In this document: positions 10,354 to 19,508 of the stretch, piece after piece
Numbering within the stretch: the stretch's first letter is position 1
How the letters are laid out: each line of letters starts with the position of its first letter
IMG/VR virus record: IMGVR_UViG_3300030202_003496
Coordinates: 1 to 64,000 of that record
Length of the DNA: 64,000 nucleotides
Source of the DNA: a virus
Reading direction: 5' to 3' (one strand)
Notes under the pieces: generated by a model
What the model was told of the DNA's origin: nothing
Databases searched by the model: none
Seen by the model: the letters and a program-made list of their open reading frames with translations, nothing else
Translations under genes and position numbers: made by a program

Positions 10354-10845
10354 ATGGCAAATTTAATCGACCCAACAGAAATGATGTTCACAGCCTTTGA
10401 GCCAAAGGTTAAAAATAGATACGTATTCTATGTGGACGGACTTCCTTCATATTTAATCAGAAAAGCTGCAAGGCCAAAGATTACGAATGGAGATGTAACG
10501 CTTAAACATATAAATAACGAAAGACACTTGAAAGGTAGAAGTTCTTGGGAAACTATTTCATTAGAAATGTATGACCCAATTGTACCATCAGGAGCACAGG
10601 CAGTTATGGAATGGGTAAGACTACACCACGAATCAGTAACAGGTAGAAATGGTTATGCAGACTTTTACAAAAAAGACTGTACAATCAATATTTTAGGACC
10701 TGTTGGTGATAAAGTAGAAGAATGGACATTGAAAGGTGCATTTATTGTAGATGCTGATTTTGGAGAAATCACATGGGAAAACGACAATGAAGCAGCAATC
10801 ATAACAATGACATTAAGATTTGATTACGCTATTTTACAATACTAA
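10354..10845 (+). CDS. Tail tube protein (gp19-like)
   Basis: FEPK..NR, YDPI.PSGAQAVMEW, W.LKGAF; follows the sheath gene. Confidence 0.9.
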   Translation: MANLIDPTEMMFTAFEPKVKNRYVFYVDGLPSYLIRKAARPKITNGDVTLKHINNERHLKGRSSWETISLEMYDPIVPSGAQAVMEWVRLHHESVTGRNGYADFYKKDCTINILGPVGDKVEEWTLKGAFIVDADFGEITWENDNEAAIITMTLRFDYAILQY

Positions 10846-10866
10846 TTAAAATTTAATAACGAAATT

Positions 10867-10895
10867 ATAGCCCAAGTTTTTTGGGCTATTTTTTT
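10867..10895 (+). terminator. Intrinsic terminator after tail tube gene
   Basis: atagcccaa / ttgggctat stem plus T-run. Confidence 0.85.
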
Positions 10896-10950
10896 GTTTA
10901 TATATATTTATATATACTAGTTATATTAAAAACAATAAAGGAGTATCATT

Positions 10951-11814
10951 ATGACAAAAGTGACGGATTCATATCCAGGAAAAGAACTAACTACTGAAGA
11001 ATTAAAAAAGCAGTTAGTAAAAGACACACAAGTAAAAGAATTAAAAGAATCTAAATTCCCTACAGAAATTATTGATTTACCAAGTAAAGGATTGCTATAT
11101 CCAAAAGAGCATCCATTATCTTCAGGTAAAATTGAAATGAAATATATGACAGCAAAGGAAGAAGATATTCTTACTTCTCAAAATCTTATACAAAAAGGTG
11201 TTGTTATTGATATGTTATTACGTTCTCTTATTGTAGGTAACGGTGAAGGTAAAAGAGTTAATTACGACGATTTAATTCTAGGAGACAAAAATGCTGTTAT
11301 GGTAGCTGCAAGAATATTAGGTTATGGTGCAGAATATCCAGTAGAATTAACGTGTCCTGCATGTGGTGCTAAATCTAAGGAAAATATAAATTTAGCAGAA
11401 TTGGAAAATAAGGTAGTTGACTATGAATTTAAGAATGAAAATAGATTCGAGTTTGTTTTACCTCTTTCAAAGAAAACACTTACATTCAAAATTCTATCTC
11501 ATTCAGATGAGTCTAAAGTTGCAGAAACTGCTAAAAGAATGAAAAAGCGTTCATTATCTAATCAGCAATCATATGAATTAACAAGTAGATTAAAAGCAAT
11601 GATTATTGCTGTTGACGGTGAAGAAGATAGAAAAACTATAGATAGTTTTGTTGACAATGAATTCATATCTAGAGATTCATTAGCTTTTAGAAAAGAGTTA
11701 GACAGAATTACACCTGATGTTGATATGAAGGTTTGGTTTGAATGTTCAGAATGTGGACATGAAGAAGCAATCACAATCCCATTAACCGTAGAGTTTTTTT
11801 GGCCTAGGGTCTGA
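10951..11814 (+). CDS. Baseplate hub assembly/tail assembly chaperone (T4 gp26-like)
   Basis: LPSKG..Y, MTAKEEDIL, two CxxC pairs, terminal FFWP; lies between tube and tape measure. Confidence 0.75.
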   Translation: MTKVTDSYPGKELTTEELKKQLVKDTQVKELKESKFPTEIIDLPSKGLLYPKEHPLSSGKIEMKYMTAKEEDILTSQNLIQKGVVIDMLLRSLIVGNGEGKRVNYDDLILGDKNAVMVAARILGYGAEYPVELTCPACGAKSKENINLAELENKVVDYEFKNENRFEFVLPLSKKTLTFKILSHSDESKVAETAKRMKKRSLSNQQSYELTSRLKAMIIAVDGEEDRKTIDSFVDNEFISRDSLAFRKELDRITPDVDMKVWFECSECGHEEAITIPLTVEFFWPRV

Positions 11815-12046
11815 ATACAGGCCCATTCTACACGAACAGATATTTCAGCTTCTGTATTTTTCTAATGGTGGGTTTACTCACGATGATGTATATACGATGC
11901 CTGTTTACCTTCGAGTGTTTTACTTTAAGAAATTAAACGAACAGCACAAGAAAGAAAATGAGGCTGCTGAAAAAGCTAGAAAAGGAAAGGGCTCATCACC
12001 TAAAGGAATAAACATCCCATCATTCGCGAAATCTCCAAAATCTTGA
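11801..12046 (+). CDS. Unlisted 81-codon frame (GLGSEYRPILHEQIFQLLYFSNGGF...MPVYLRVFY...), probably reached by frameshift from the upstream gene
   Basis: Open +1 frame starting right after the T7 run at 11794-11800; no early start codon. Confidence 0.6.
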   Translation, partial: GLGSEYRPILHEQIFQLLYFSNGGFTHDDVYTMPVYLRVFYFKKLNEQHKKENEAAEKARKGKGSSPKGINIPSFAKSPKS

Positions 12047-12084
12047 TATTTATATTAAACTAATAATATACAAGGAGACACGAC

Positions 12085-12360
12085 ATGAGTGACGAAAGTT
12101 TACGTGAATACATAAAAAAGAAAATCGCTACCGAAATGTCTGACAATCCAGATATCACAAAAGAAGGTGTTTTGGATTCGGTATTCAATCATATACAAAG
12201 TGTATTAAAAAAATCACGAGACAGAAAATTTGACGCTGCAATGGATAAACTTGCAAAGTCTGGTCCTGATGGTAAAAAAGCTGCAGACCATTATAAAAAA
12301 TCTGTTGATATGATAGATAAGCTTAATATAAATTACGATAAATTTGGTTGGGAAGATTAA
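12085..12360 (+). CDS. Hypothetical protein
   Basis: SD aaggag; preceded by TATTTATA motif. Confidence 0.65.
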   Translation: MSDESLREYIKKKIATEMSDNPDITKEGVLDSVFNHIQSVLKKSRDRKFDAAMDKLAKSGPDGKKAADHYKKSVDMIDKLNINYDKFGWED

Positions 12361-12370
12361 AATATAAGCT

Positions 12371-15300
12371 ATGGCATCAGATAGAAAGAAAGAACAAGAA
12401 GAAATAAACTCTTTATTAAGTGAAGAGTCTTCTGCATTAGAAAAGATTTTAGGTCTTCAGAATGATGTCAAAAATATGATGCAGCAAAAGCTGCAACTTA
12501 AAAACAAAGAGCTTCAAGAGCAAAAATCATTAACTCAATTTATTCAGTCAGGTTTAGATATTGAAACTAAACGAGTACAGAATGCTCGTGATTTATCTCA
12601 ACTTGGTAATAGGATATTACAAGGAAAGGTACAAGCACAAGCGTTAGATGACGCAAATCTTGCTAGTGCTCAGGCACAATACGATGCTGCAAATAAAAGA
12701 AAGCTTATAAATGATGCATCATATCAACAAGGTTTATTAGATGCAGAATTAAAGGACGGCATTGTTAGTATGGAGGAAGAAATCCTCGGTATACTTAGAG
12801 ATAAAAAGAAGCTTGAGGACCCTGCATTCAAAGCTAAACAAGAAGAACTTACTCAGTTAAAAAAGAAAGAGGAGTTCCAAAAGAAATCACAAGAGCATAT
12901 AGATTATATTAAAGATAAGTTTGATGATGTAACTGCATTAGCTACAGACCCTAAAATAGCAATGACAGTGTTTGGTGGTGTAATGCTAAATAATGCTTCA
13001 AAATTTGCAAATACTATGACAGAGGTTGGTGCGGATATGGGAGTATCACGAGACCAAGCGTTGGAGATGGGAGCTGCATTAGGACCTGCGTCAATTCAAG
13101 CTTTCGCAATGGGAATAAGTGCTAAAAAAATAGCAGAAGCTTATTCAGGAATTGCAGAGTCTATGGGGCCTATGACTCCTCAAATGGCAGGCATGGCCAC
13201 ACATGCTGCAAAAATGGCAAAAGAATTACAGATTGCTCCAAAAGAAGCAGGTAAGTTATTTGCTCTTACAGCTATGATTGAAGGAGGTACTGCAGAAACC
13301 GCTAAGGCTTCACTGAAAACAGTCGAAAATCTTGCAAGAGGAGCCAATGTTCCTATTGGAGCAGTTATGTCCGATGTAGCAAATAGTGCTGACTTAATTG
13401 CTCAGTATGGATATGACAATGTAGAAGCATTAGGTAAAGCTGCGGTTGAAGCTGCTAAGATGGGTACGTCATTAGACCAGATGGCTAAAACAGCAGACAA
13501 GCTTATGGATATCGACAATGCTAGAAATAATGCAATGCAGCTATCTGTATTATTAGGAAGAAATATAAACATTGATAGAGCTCAACAACTAATATATGAA
13601 GGTAAATTAGAAGAAGGATATAAAGAAATGCTTAATCAGCTTGGTGGTATTAACGCATTTAATCAAATGGATTATTACCAAAAGAAACAAGCGGCAGATT
13701 TAATGGGTGTGTCGGTTGGTGAACTACAAAAGCAGTTAAATTTACAGGCAGGTCTTACAGAAACAGGAGAGAAACAGGCTACAGGCTGGGCAAAGATTTT
13801 AGGTAATGTAAAAGATGGAGCTAAATTTGCAAAAGACAATATGACAACTTTAGCGTCTACACTATCAGTATTAGGCTCAATAAAAAATATGAAGATTGCA
13901 ACTTGGATTAAAGAGAAAGCTCACGCAATTTGGATGAAGACTTTTGGTGGAGGTAGTAAAGTTGCTCAGGCAGCCGCAGGTCCTCTAAAAGCTGATGGTA
14001 CTCCAGATATGAGATTTAAGGCTAATAAAGGATTGATAAGTAAGATTCAAAAACCTGTAGACTCAGGAAACAAACTTACAGATAAAATGGCAAAAACACC
14101 AAAAAAACAGGGTAATGTAATAACAAGGTTTTTTAACTCATTTAAGAAAGTAAATTGGTCTTCGATAGCTAAAGGAATAGTTGCTATGCTAGGTATGGCA
14201 GTTGCGCTAGTAGCATTCGTACCTCCATTCAAGATGTTAGCAGATGTACCAGTTCAAGGTATATTAGCAGGGATAGGTTCAATACTTGTACTATCACAAA
14301 CAATAGGTGCTATGGGTAAAGGAAGTACTAGTACTATGAAAGGCGCTGCAACAATGGCAATAATGGCTGCAGCTTTATTACCTATGGCACTATCTATGCA
14401 AATGATTGCAGGTATAAATCAAGATGCTATGTGGAACTTTACAGGAATAGCTACAGTATTAGGTTTGGTATTTGCAGGTATTGGAGCTTTAGGTGCAGCT
14501 ACAATAACAGGTGCGTTTGCAATGATTTTAATGGCGTCATCAATGATACCTATGGCATATTCAATGCAAATGATAGAAGGACTTTCTTATGCAGATATGT
14601 GGAATTTTACTGCAGTACTTACAGTATTAGGTTTGGTATTTTCTGGAATTGGCTATTTGGCATTATTACCTGTTGGAGCATTAGGTATGATGATGATGGC
14701 TGCTGCAATGATACCTATGGCATATTCATTCCAAATGGTTAACGGTTTACCTTTTGCTGATATGTGGAACTTTACTGGAGTACTTTCTGCACTAGGCTTA
14801 GTATTCTCAATATTAGGAGGCTTTCCTGGTATATTTGTAGGTGCTCTTGCACTGCTAATGATGGGCCCAGCAATGATAGCTATCGTATACGCAATGAAAA
14901 GCTTTGCAGGTCTTGATTGGAAAGCGGCACTTGATGTAGGAAAAACCATTGGAATGTTAGCACTGAGTGTAGCTGGAGTTGGTCTTATGTACCCACTTGT
15001 AATTGCAGGCTCTGTTGCAATGTTAATGGCTTCTGCAGGACTAATGGCCTTTGGCTTAGCAATGAAACAAATACCTACTGATTTACTTCAGGGCCAACAG
15101 ATGTTAATGATGGCTGCAGGTATGGGAGCGATGGGAGCCGCTGGTGTATCTATGTTGTTTGGTGCTCCAGGATTCTTTGCAATGTCTGCAGGACTTATTG
15201 TATTTGCCGGTGCGCTTGCTTTAATAGCACCGTTGTTGCCTGTTGTCGAAAAACTTGCTCAGTTAGGCATAATTGGAAATATGGAAGGAGCTGAAGGTGC

Positions 15301-15454
15301 AGGAGGTGCTGGAGGTGGAGATGAAGGTGAAAATGCAGTAATAGAAAAATTAGATGAACTAATATCACTTATTAGAAGTGGTGGTAAAGTTGTTATGGAT
15401 GGAAGAGAAGTAGGTAAAGTAGTTCAAATGGCAATAGGACCTCAGGGAAGTTAA
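12371..15454 (+). CDS. Tail tape measure protein
   Basis: 1027 aa, helical Ala/Met/Gly-rich with hydrophobic repeats; C-terminal V.MDGREVG; position. Confidence 0.85.
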   Translation: MASDRKKEQEEINSLLSEESSALEKILGLQNDVKNMMQQKLQLKNKELQEQKSLTQFIQSGLDIETKRVQNARDLSQLGNRILQGKVQAQALDDANLASAQAQYDAANKRKLINDASYQQGLLDAELKDGIVSMEEEILGILRDKKKLEDPAFKAKQEELTQLKKKEEFQKKSQEHIDYIKDKFDDVTALATDPKIAMTVFGGVMLNNASKFANTMTEVGADMGVSRDQALEMGAALGPASIQAFAMGISAKKIAEAYSGIAESMGPMTPQMAGMATHAAKMAKELQIAPKEAGKLFALTAMIEGGTAETAKASLKTVENLARGANVPIGAVMSDVANSADLIAQYGYDNVEALGKAAVEAAKMGTSLDQMAKTADKLMDIDNARNNAMQLSVLLGRNINIDRAQQLIYEGKLEEGYKEMLNQLGGINAFNQMDYYQKKQAADLMGVSVGELQKQLNLQAGLTETGEKQATGWAKILGNVKDGAKFAKDNMTTLASTLSVLGSIKNMKIATWIKEKAHAIWMKTFGGGSKVAQAAAGPLKADGTPDMRFKANKGLISKIQKPVDSGNKLTDKMAKTPKKQGNVITRFFNSFKKVNWSSIAKGIVAMLGMAVALVAFVPPFKMLADVPVQGILAGIGSILVLSQTIGAMGKGSTSTMKGAATMAIMAAALLPMALSMQMIAGINQDAMWNFTGIATVLGLVFAGIGALGAATITGAFAMILMASSMIPMAYSMQMIEGLSYADMWNFTAVLTVLGLVFSGIGYLALLPVGALGMMMMAAAMIPMAYSFQMVNGLPFADMWNFTGVLSALGLVFSILGGFPGIFVGALALLMMGPAMIAIVYAMKSFAGLDWKAALDVGKTIGMLALSVAGVGLMYPLVIAGSVAMLMASAGLMAFGLAMKQIPTDLLQGQQMLMMAAGMGAMGAAGVSMLFGAPGFFAMSAGLIVFAGALALIAPLLPVVEKLAQLGIIGNMEGAEGAGGAGGGDEGENAVIEKLDELISLIRSGGKVVMDGREVGKVVQMAIGPQGS
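14380..14830 (+). repeat. Three ~55-56-aa tandem repeats in tape measure (PMAxS.QM..G...DMWNFT.V...LGLVF)
   Basis: atgtggaa(c/t)ttta recurs at 14429, 14597 and 14762. Confidence 0.8.
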
Positions 15455-15455
15455 T

Positions 15456-18332
15456 ATGGCATTCAAATTTAATAATTTAGAAGAATATTTAGAGAAGATG
15501 AGTAAAGGCAAGCAGCCTGTAGGTACAAGCGTAAATCCTTTAGGTCAGTTTGCAATAAAGCCACTTCAGCAAGATATAAAACCAAACGTAAATTTTCCAA
15601 CACCAATAATACCTGATTGGAATTATGAAGTTAACCACCCTGCAAAGGATGGTGTAGCTGCAGAACCAGGTGTACCTCATACAACAGGAGATAAAGCTTT
15701 TGGAATTAAAGGTCCAGATGCGTTAGGTAAAATGCCTCTTCCTAATATAGAAGGAAAAGACCATACTACAGGAAATAAAGCTTTTTCAATACCAGGTGAT
15801 GACCACGAAGGTAGAAATAAAGCATTTAGCTTAGAAGGTTTGGCTCACTCAATGGAAGATAAAGTAAATAAACCTTATAAATTTACACCTCCATTTACAA
15901 CACAAGAGCCTGCTCAGCCTGTGCCAGGTCCAGAGCATACAACTAAGGATGCTGTTAATCCTAAGGTACCAGGACCTGAACATTCAACAGTTGAACCTAT
16001 ACCTAAAGTACCAGGACCTGCTCATTCAACACAAGAGCCTATAAAACCAAGAGCTGCAGCACCTGATTATCCTACACAAGAACCAATAAGTAGACCAGGT
16101 CCTCCTGATTATTCTACAGTTGACCCGGTATCTAGACCAGGAGCTCCTGATTATCCTACACAAGAGCCTATAAAAACACAGTATACTCAAACTCATAAAT
16201 TGGACAAGCTTTCACCAAGTGCAAACGGCGCATTATTAGAGTTGATTGTAAATAAACAATATAAAGATAGAAAAGAACTATTTGGTTCCCCAGAAAAAGA
16301 CGGCTTAATAAATCATCTAAATAACAATCAAAGTAATTATTTAACAATATCAGGTGCACCAGGAAATATGATGTTCAAATTTGGTACTAAAGATGACCAA
16401 GTACCTGCAGGAGGTTCTTCAATATGGACTCATACTAGATTAGGTGGTCCTACATCTCAAGGAGTTCAAGCTCGTAAATATATGGATAAATTTGCTAGAA
16501 TCAAAGATGCAACTCTAGCTCTTTCAGCAAAGGAAATAAATTACGATGGAAATTCAGTACCAGCAGCTGCGTTAATTAGAAGAGGTAATATATTAACAGA
16601 TGACGCACTGACAAAAGGTCTTTATGAAATGGTTGGTAAAAATAAATTTGTAAGTTTAAGAGATGAAGCTGCAAGAAATAACCCTAGGTCACCATTAGGT
16701 GAGTTAGCAAGACAGCCTTTTATACAAAGAGGTATACAAAAAGGACCTGGTAATGAAAATCCAGATTCACCAGGATTTTTACCTTCACTTGACCCGGTTA
16801 ATGGTTCTATAGGAATGTTAACAGCTCCAATGATTGATGCATTGAGAGTTGGTAAATACTTAATAAGTCCTAACGGCTTGTTATTTATGGCAAAGCAAGT
16901 AGGTCTTCAATTAACAAATCCTAGAAGTGAATGGAAAAAAGGTTTACATAGAGGTAGAATTTTTAATCCTTTATCATTCGCACTACAAGTTCCAGCTAAC
17001 GCTTTAGGTATACACATTGACAGACATTATCTAGGCCCGTTTAACGCAGAAGGTAGTAAATACGAAACTCTTGTTACAGATTTAGATAGAGAAGGAGAAA
17101 CACTTGAAGATTCTAAAAACAGGTTAGTAAAACTATTAGATGAGATGAGTGTTGGAATAATAGGTGTAGGCAAAACACCTGGTTCAAAAATAGATTTACT
17201 TTCAGGTCTTATGGGTCCTAAATCTTTATTTGGAATAGGACAAACAAGATTTTTCAAGCATAAATCTGGAATGGATGTGTTTTTCGATGCAGAGGCTGAA
17301 ACTGCTAAATACGAACCTGAAACTCCTTATGTAAAAGGGTTAGCTCACGGTGATGTCTCTGAAGCTTCAAAAGGAAGTGAGGTAGACTTAAAGCCTTTTA
17401 CAAATGATAATGACACAAGTAGAGTTGCATACGCAAGAGAAGATGCAGATACTTACTGGTCAGATAAAGTAGAAAGCGAAGTTAACTTCCCTGGAAATGC
17501 TCATATGTTTGTTGACCCTAAAGGTGAAACAAATGGCATGTTCAATGTTATGGACTATACAACTCTAGGATTATATAGAGATACAAAAAAGAAATTTAGA
17601 GATTTTAGACAAATAGATGGTGAGTACGATGAAGAAAATGCTTATGATGGAGAGGGTAGAGAAAATATAGTTAAAAGACTAGGTTTGGTAGATTGGGGAG
17701 CGTATTCACCAGGATATGGTGATGGTAGTGGTGAAGACATATATGATGAGTTTGAAGGTGAAGAAGCTGTAGATTATGTAAAGGTTACAATATCTAACGA
17801 AGATGATTCAAATAAATGTTATTTACGTGCATATAATTTAGAAATAACAGACAAATTAAATCCTCAATATAGTACAGTTGCATATTCAGGTAATCCTGCC
17901 GAGTCACATATATTTGATAAAATAGGTAGAGCTTGGACTCTTAAGCTTACAATGGCTGCGTTTACATCTAATGAGTTATTAAATAACTATAAAAAATTAA
18001 ATCAGTTAATGCAATTATCGTCACCTAAAATTATATCAGGATATGCTGGTGGACATATAACAAAATTAAATGTAGGCTCAATATGGAAAGACATGCCAAT
18101 TATTATAAAGAGTTTTGACTATCAAATAAATAACGATGCAGGTTGGGATATAGGTCATGGTAAAGAAGCAGGCTGGGATGATGGAACAGGTCATGCAGAA
18201 ACAACTACAAAAGAATTACCTATGATGTGGGATATAAATTTAGGAGGTGAATTCTTAGTTAATGCTGATGGAAATTTATGGACAAATGAATCTAACTTTT
18301 TTCAAAAAGAAATTTTAGGAGTTCAAGAGTAG
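15456..18332 (+). CDS. Large tail/baseplate protein with Pro/Thr-rich N-terminal repeats
   Basis: C-terminal tube-initiator-like domain (LRAY..EITD...Y.G..E..., WDI...LPM); position after tape measure. Confidence 0.6.
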   Translation: MAFKFNNLEEYLEKMSKGKQPVGTSVNPLGQFAIKPLQQDIKPNVNFPTPIIPDWNYEVNHPAKDGVAAEPGVPHTTGDKAFGIKGPDALGKMPLPNIEGKDHTTGNKAFSIPGDDHEGRNKAFSLEGLAHSMEDKVNKPYKFTPPFTTQEPAQPVPGPEHTTKDAVNPKVPGPEHSTVEPIPKVPGPAHSTQEPIKPRAAAPDYPTQEPISRPGPPDYSTVDPVSRPGAPDYPTQEPIKTQYTQTHKLDKLSPSANGALLELIVNKQYKDRKELFGSPEKDGLINHLNNNQSNYLTISGAPGNMMFKFGTKDDQVPAGGSSIWTHTRLGGPTSQGVQARKYMDKFARIKDATLALSAKEINYDGNSVPAAALIRRGNILTDDALTKGLYEMVGKNKFVSLRDEAARNNPRSPLGELARQPFIQRGIQKGPGNENPDSPGFLPSLDPVNGSIGMLTAPMIDALRVGKYLISPNGLLFMAKQVGLQLTNPRSEWKKGLHRGRIFNPLSFALQVPANALGIHIDRHYLGPFNAEGSKYETLVTDLDREGETLEDSKNRLVKLLDEMSVGIIGVGKTPGSKIDLLSGLMGPKSLFGIGQTRFFKHKSGMDVFFDAEAETAKYEPETPYVKGLAHGDVSEASKGSEVDLKPFTNDNDTSRVAYAREDADTYWSDKVESEVNFPGNAHMFVDPKGETNGMFNVMDYTTLGLYRDTKKKFRDFRQIDGEYDEENAYDGEGRENIVKRLGLVDWGAYSPGYGDGSGEDIYDEFEGEEAVDYVKVTISNEDDSNKCYLRAYNLEITDKLNPQYSTVAYSGNPAESHIFDKIGRAWTLKLTMAAFTSNELLNNYKKLNQLMQLSSPKIISGYAGGHITKLNVGSIWKDMPIIIKSFDYQINNDAGWDIGHGKEAGWDDGTGHAETTTKELPMMWDINLGGEFLVNADGNLWTNESNFFQKEILGVQE
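15880..16175 (+). repeat. Pro-rich peptide repeats (PGP.H[ST]T.EP / PDY[PS]T.EP)
   Basis: About 7 degenerate 14-16 aa units; cctgattatcctacacaaga occurs at 16062 and 16146. Confidence 0.8.
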
Positions 18333-18335
18333 AAT

Positions 18336-18659
18336 ATGAAGCGATACGAAGAAAATAAAAATAGAATTACAAAAAACTTTAATGATAAGCCTAAAAGAGT
18401 TTTTAATACAATTCTATATCCAAAGATAGAAAAAAGTGTAAATGATATTTATATTGAATCACGTCAAGGTGATAGGTTAGATAATTTAGCTTATCAGTAT
18501 TATAGAGATACAACTTTGTGGTGGGTATTAGCAGAAGCTAACCATATAGGTAAAGGTACAATGTATGTTGATACCGGTATGAAAATTAGAATACCGCATC
18601 CTCAACATGTATTTGAAATTGTAAATAAGTTATATGAAATACAAAATGAAAGGTTATAG
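18336..18659 (+). CDS. LysM/gp53-like baseplate wedge protein
   Basis: GDRLDNLAYQYY.D..LWWVLAEAN...G..IRIP. Confidence 0.8.
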   Translation: MKRYEENKNRITKNFNDKPKRVFNTILYPKIEKSVNDIYIESRQGDRLDNLAYQYYRDTTLWWVLAEANHIGKGTMYVDTGMKIRIPHPQHVFEIVNKLYEIQNERL

Positions 18660-18661
18660 TT

Positions 18662-19507
18662 ATGGCGATAAATCTATTTAACGGCTCAATACTATCAAAA
18701 AAAGTAAGGGAGATATTTGGCCAGAGGTCAAAAAACTCAGGAGCTCATCCGTGGATGCAAGAAAAGCGAGCTTGGATGCGGCTACACTCAAACTCTTCAA
18801 AAGGAATGACAATATCAGGTGAGTCTTCAACATGGAATCAAGCTGGTATGTATAAAGAAGATTCTACAGGTCGAATAACTGCAGCACCAACAATCGAAAG
18901 TATAAGTATTAAAACTACTGGTACAGCAGGCTCTATGAGAAAAGCAGACGTAAAATTTAAGGTATATTCATATGACCAGTTAAAGCAGGTACAAACTGCA
19001 TTTTTTATTCCAGGGATGTCTGCTGTTATAACTTGGGGTTGGAATATGAAAAGCGATGGCTCTCCTATAAATCCTTCCGCAGGTGTAGACAACGAAAGCT
19101 CTCTTAGAGGTATTACAAAAAAAATTAAAAAATGGGTTGAAAGAAATGATGGTAATTGCGATGGTATGGGAGGTTTGATATCAGACTTTGGTTGGTCAAA
19201 AGCGACAGGAGGAGGAGCTGATTCTTCAGGATTCGATTGTAGTATTACATTAGAATCACCTGCAAAAACATATATGACAGGACCTGTTAATATACCTACA
19301 TGTAAAGCATGTGGTTGTCCAGCTCAAGGAGAAGACGGTGGAGCAAAGGCTGCAGGAGGTTGGGTAAAACAAGCACTCAAGGACCAAGCAGAATCTGAGA
19401 TGAGTGTCGAAGGAGGTGAAGGTTCTCAATGGACAGCTCCAAATGGAGCGGTGATGGGATTCTCAATTAAGTTTGACCAAGAATATCAAGAAGAGCCGGA
19501 GGCATAA
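18662..19507 (+). CDS. Baseplate hub-like protein, N-terminal part
   Basis: P.IESISIK..G..GS.RKA.VKFKV.S..QL.....FF.PG....I.WGW motif; synteny. Confidence 0.55.
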   Translation: MAINLFNGSILSKKVREIFGQRSKNSGAHPWMQEKRAWMRLHSNSSKGMTISGESSTWNQAGMYKEDSTGRITAAPTIESISIKTTGTAGSMRKADVKFKVYSYDQLKQVQTAFFIPGMSAVITWGWNMKSDGSPINPSAGVDNESSLRGITKKIKKWVERNDGNCDGMGGLISDFGWSKATGGGADSSGFDCSITLESPAKTYMTGPVNIPTCKACGCPAQGEDGGAKAAGGWVKQALKDQAESEMSVEGGEGSQWTAPNGAVMGFSIKFDQEYQEEPEA

Positions 19508-19508
19508 T

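Noticed and set aside
15880-16175. Possible CRISPR-like array
   Set aside because: The repeats are in-frame degenerate peptide repeats within a CDS, with no constant repeat/unique spacer pattern.
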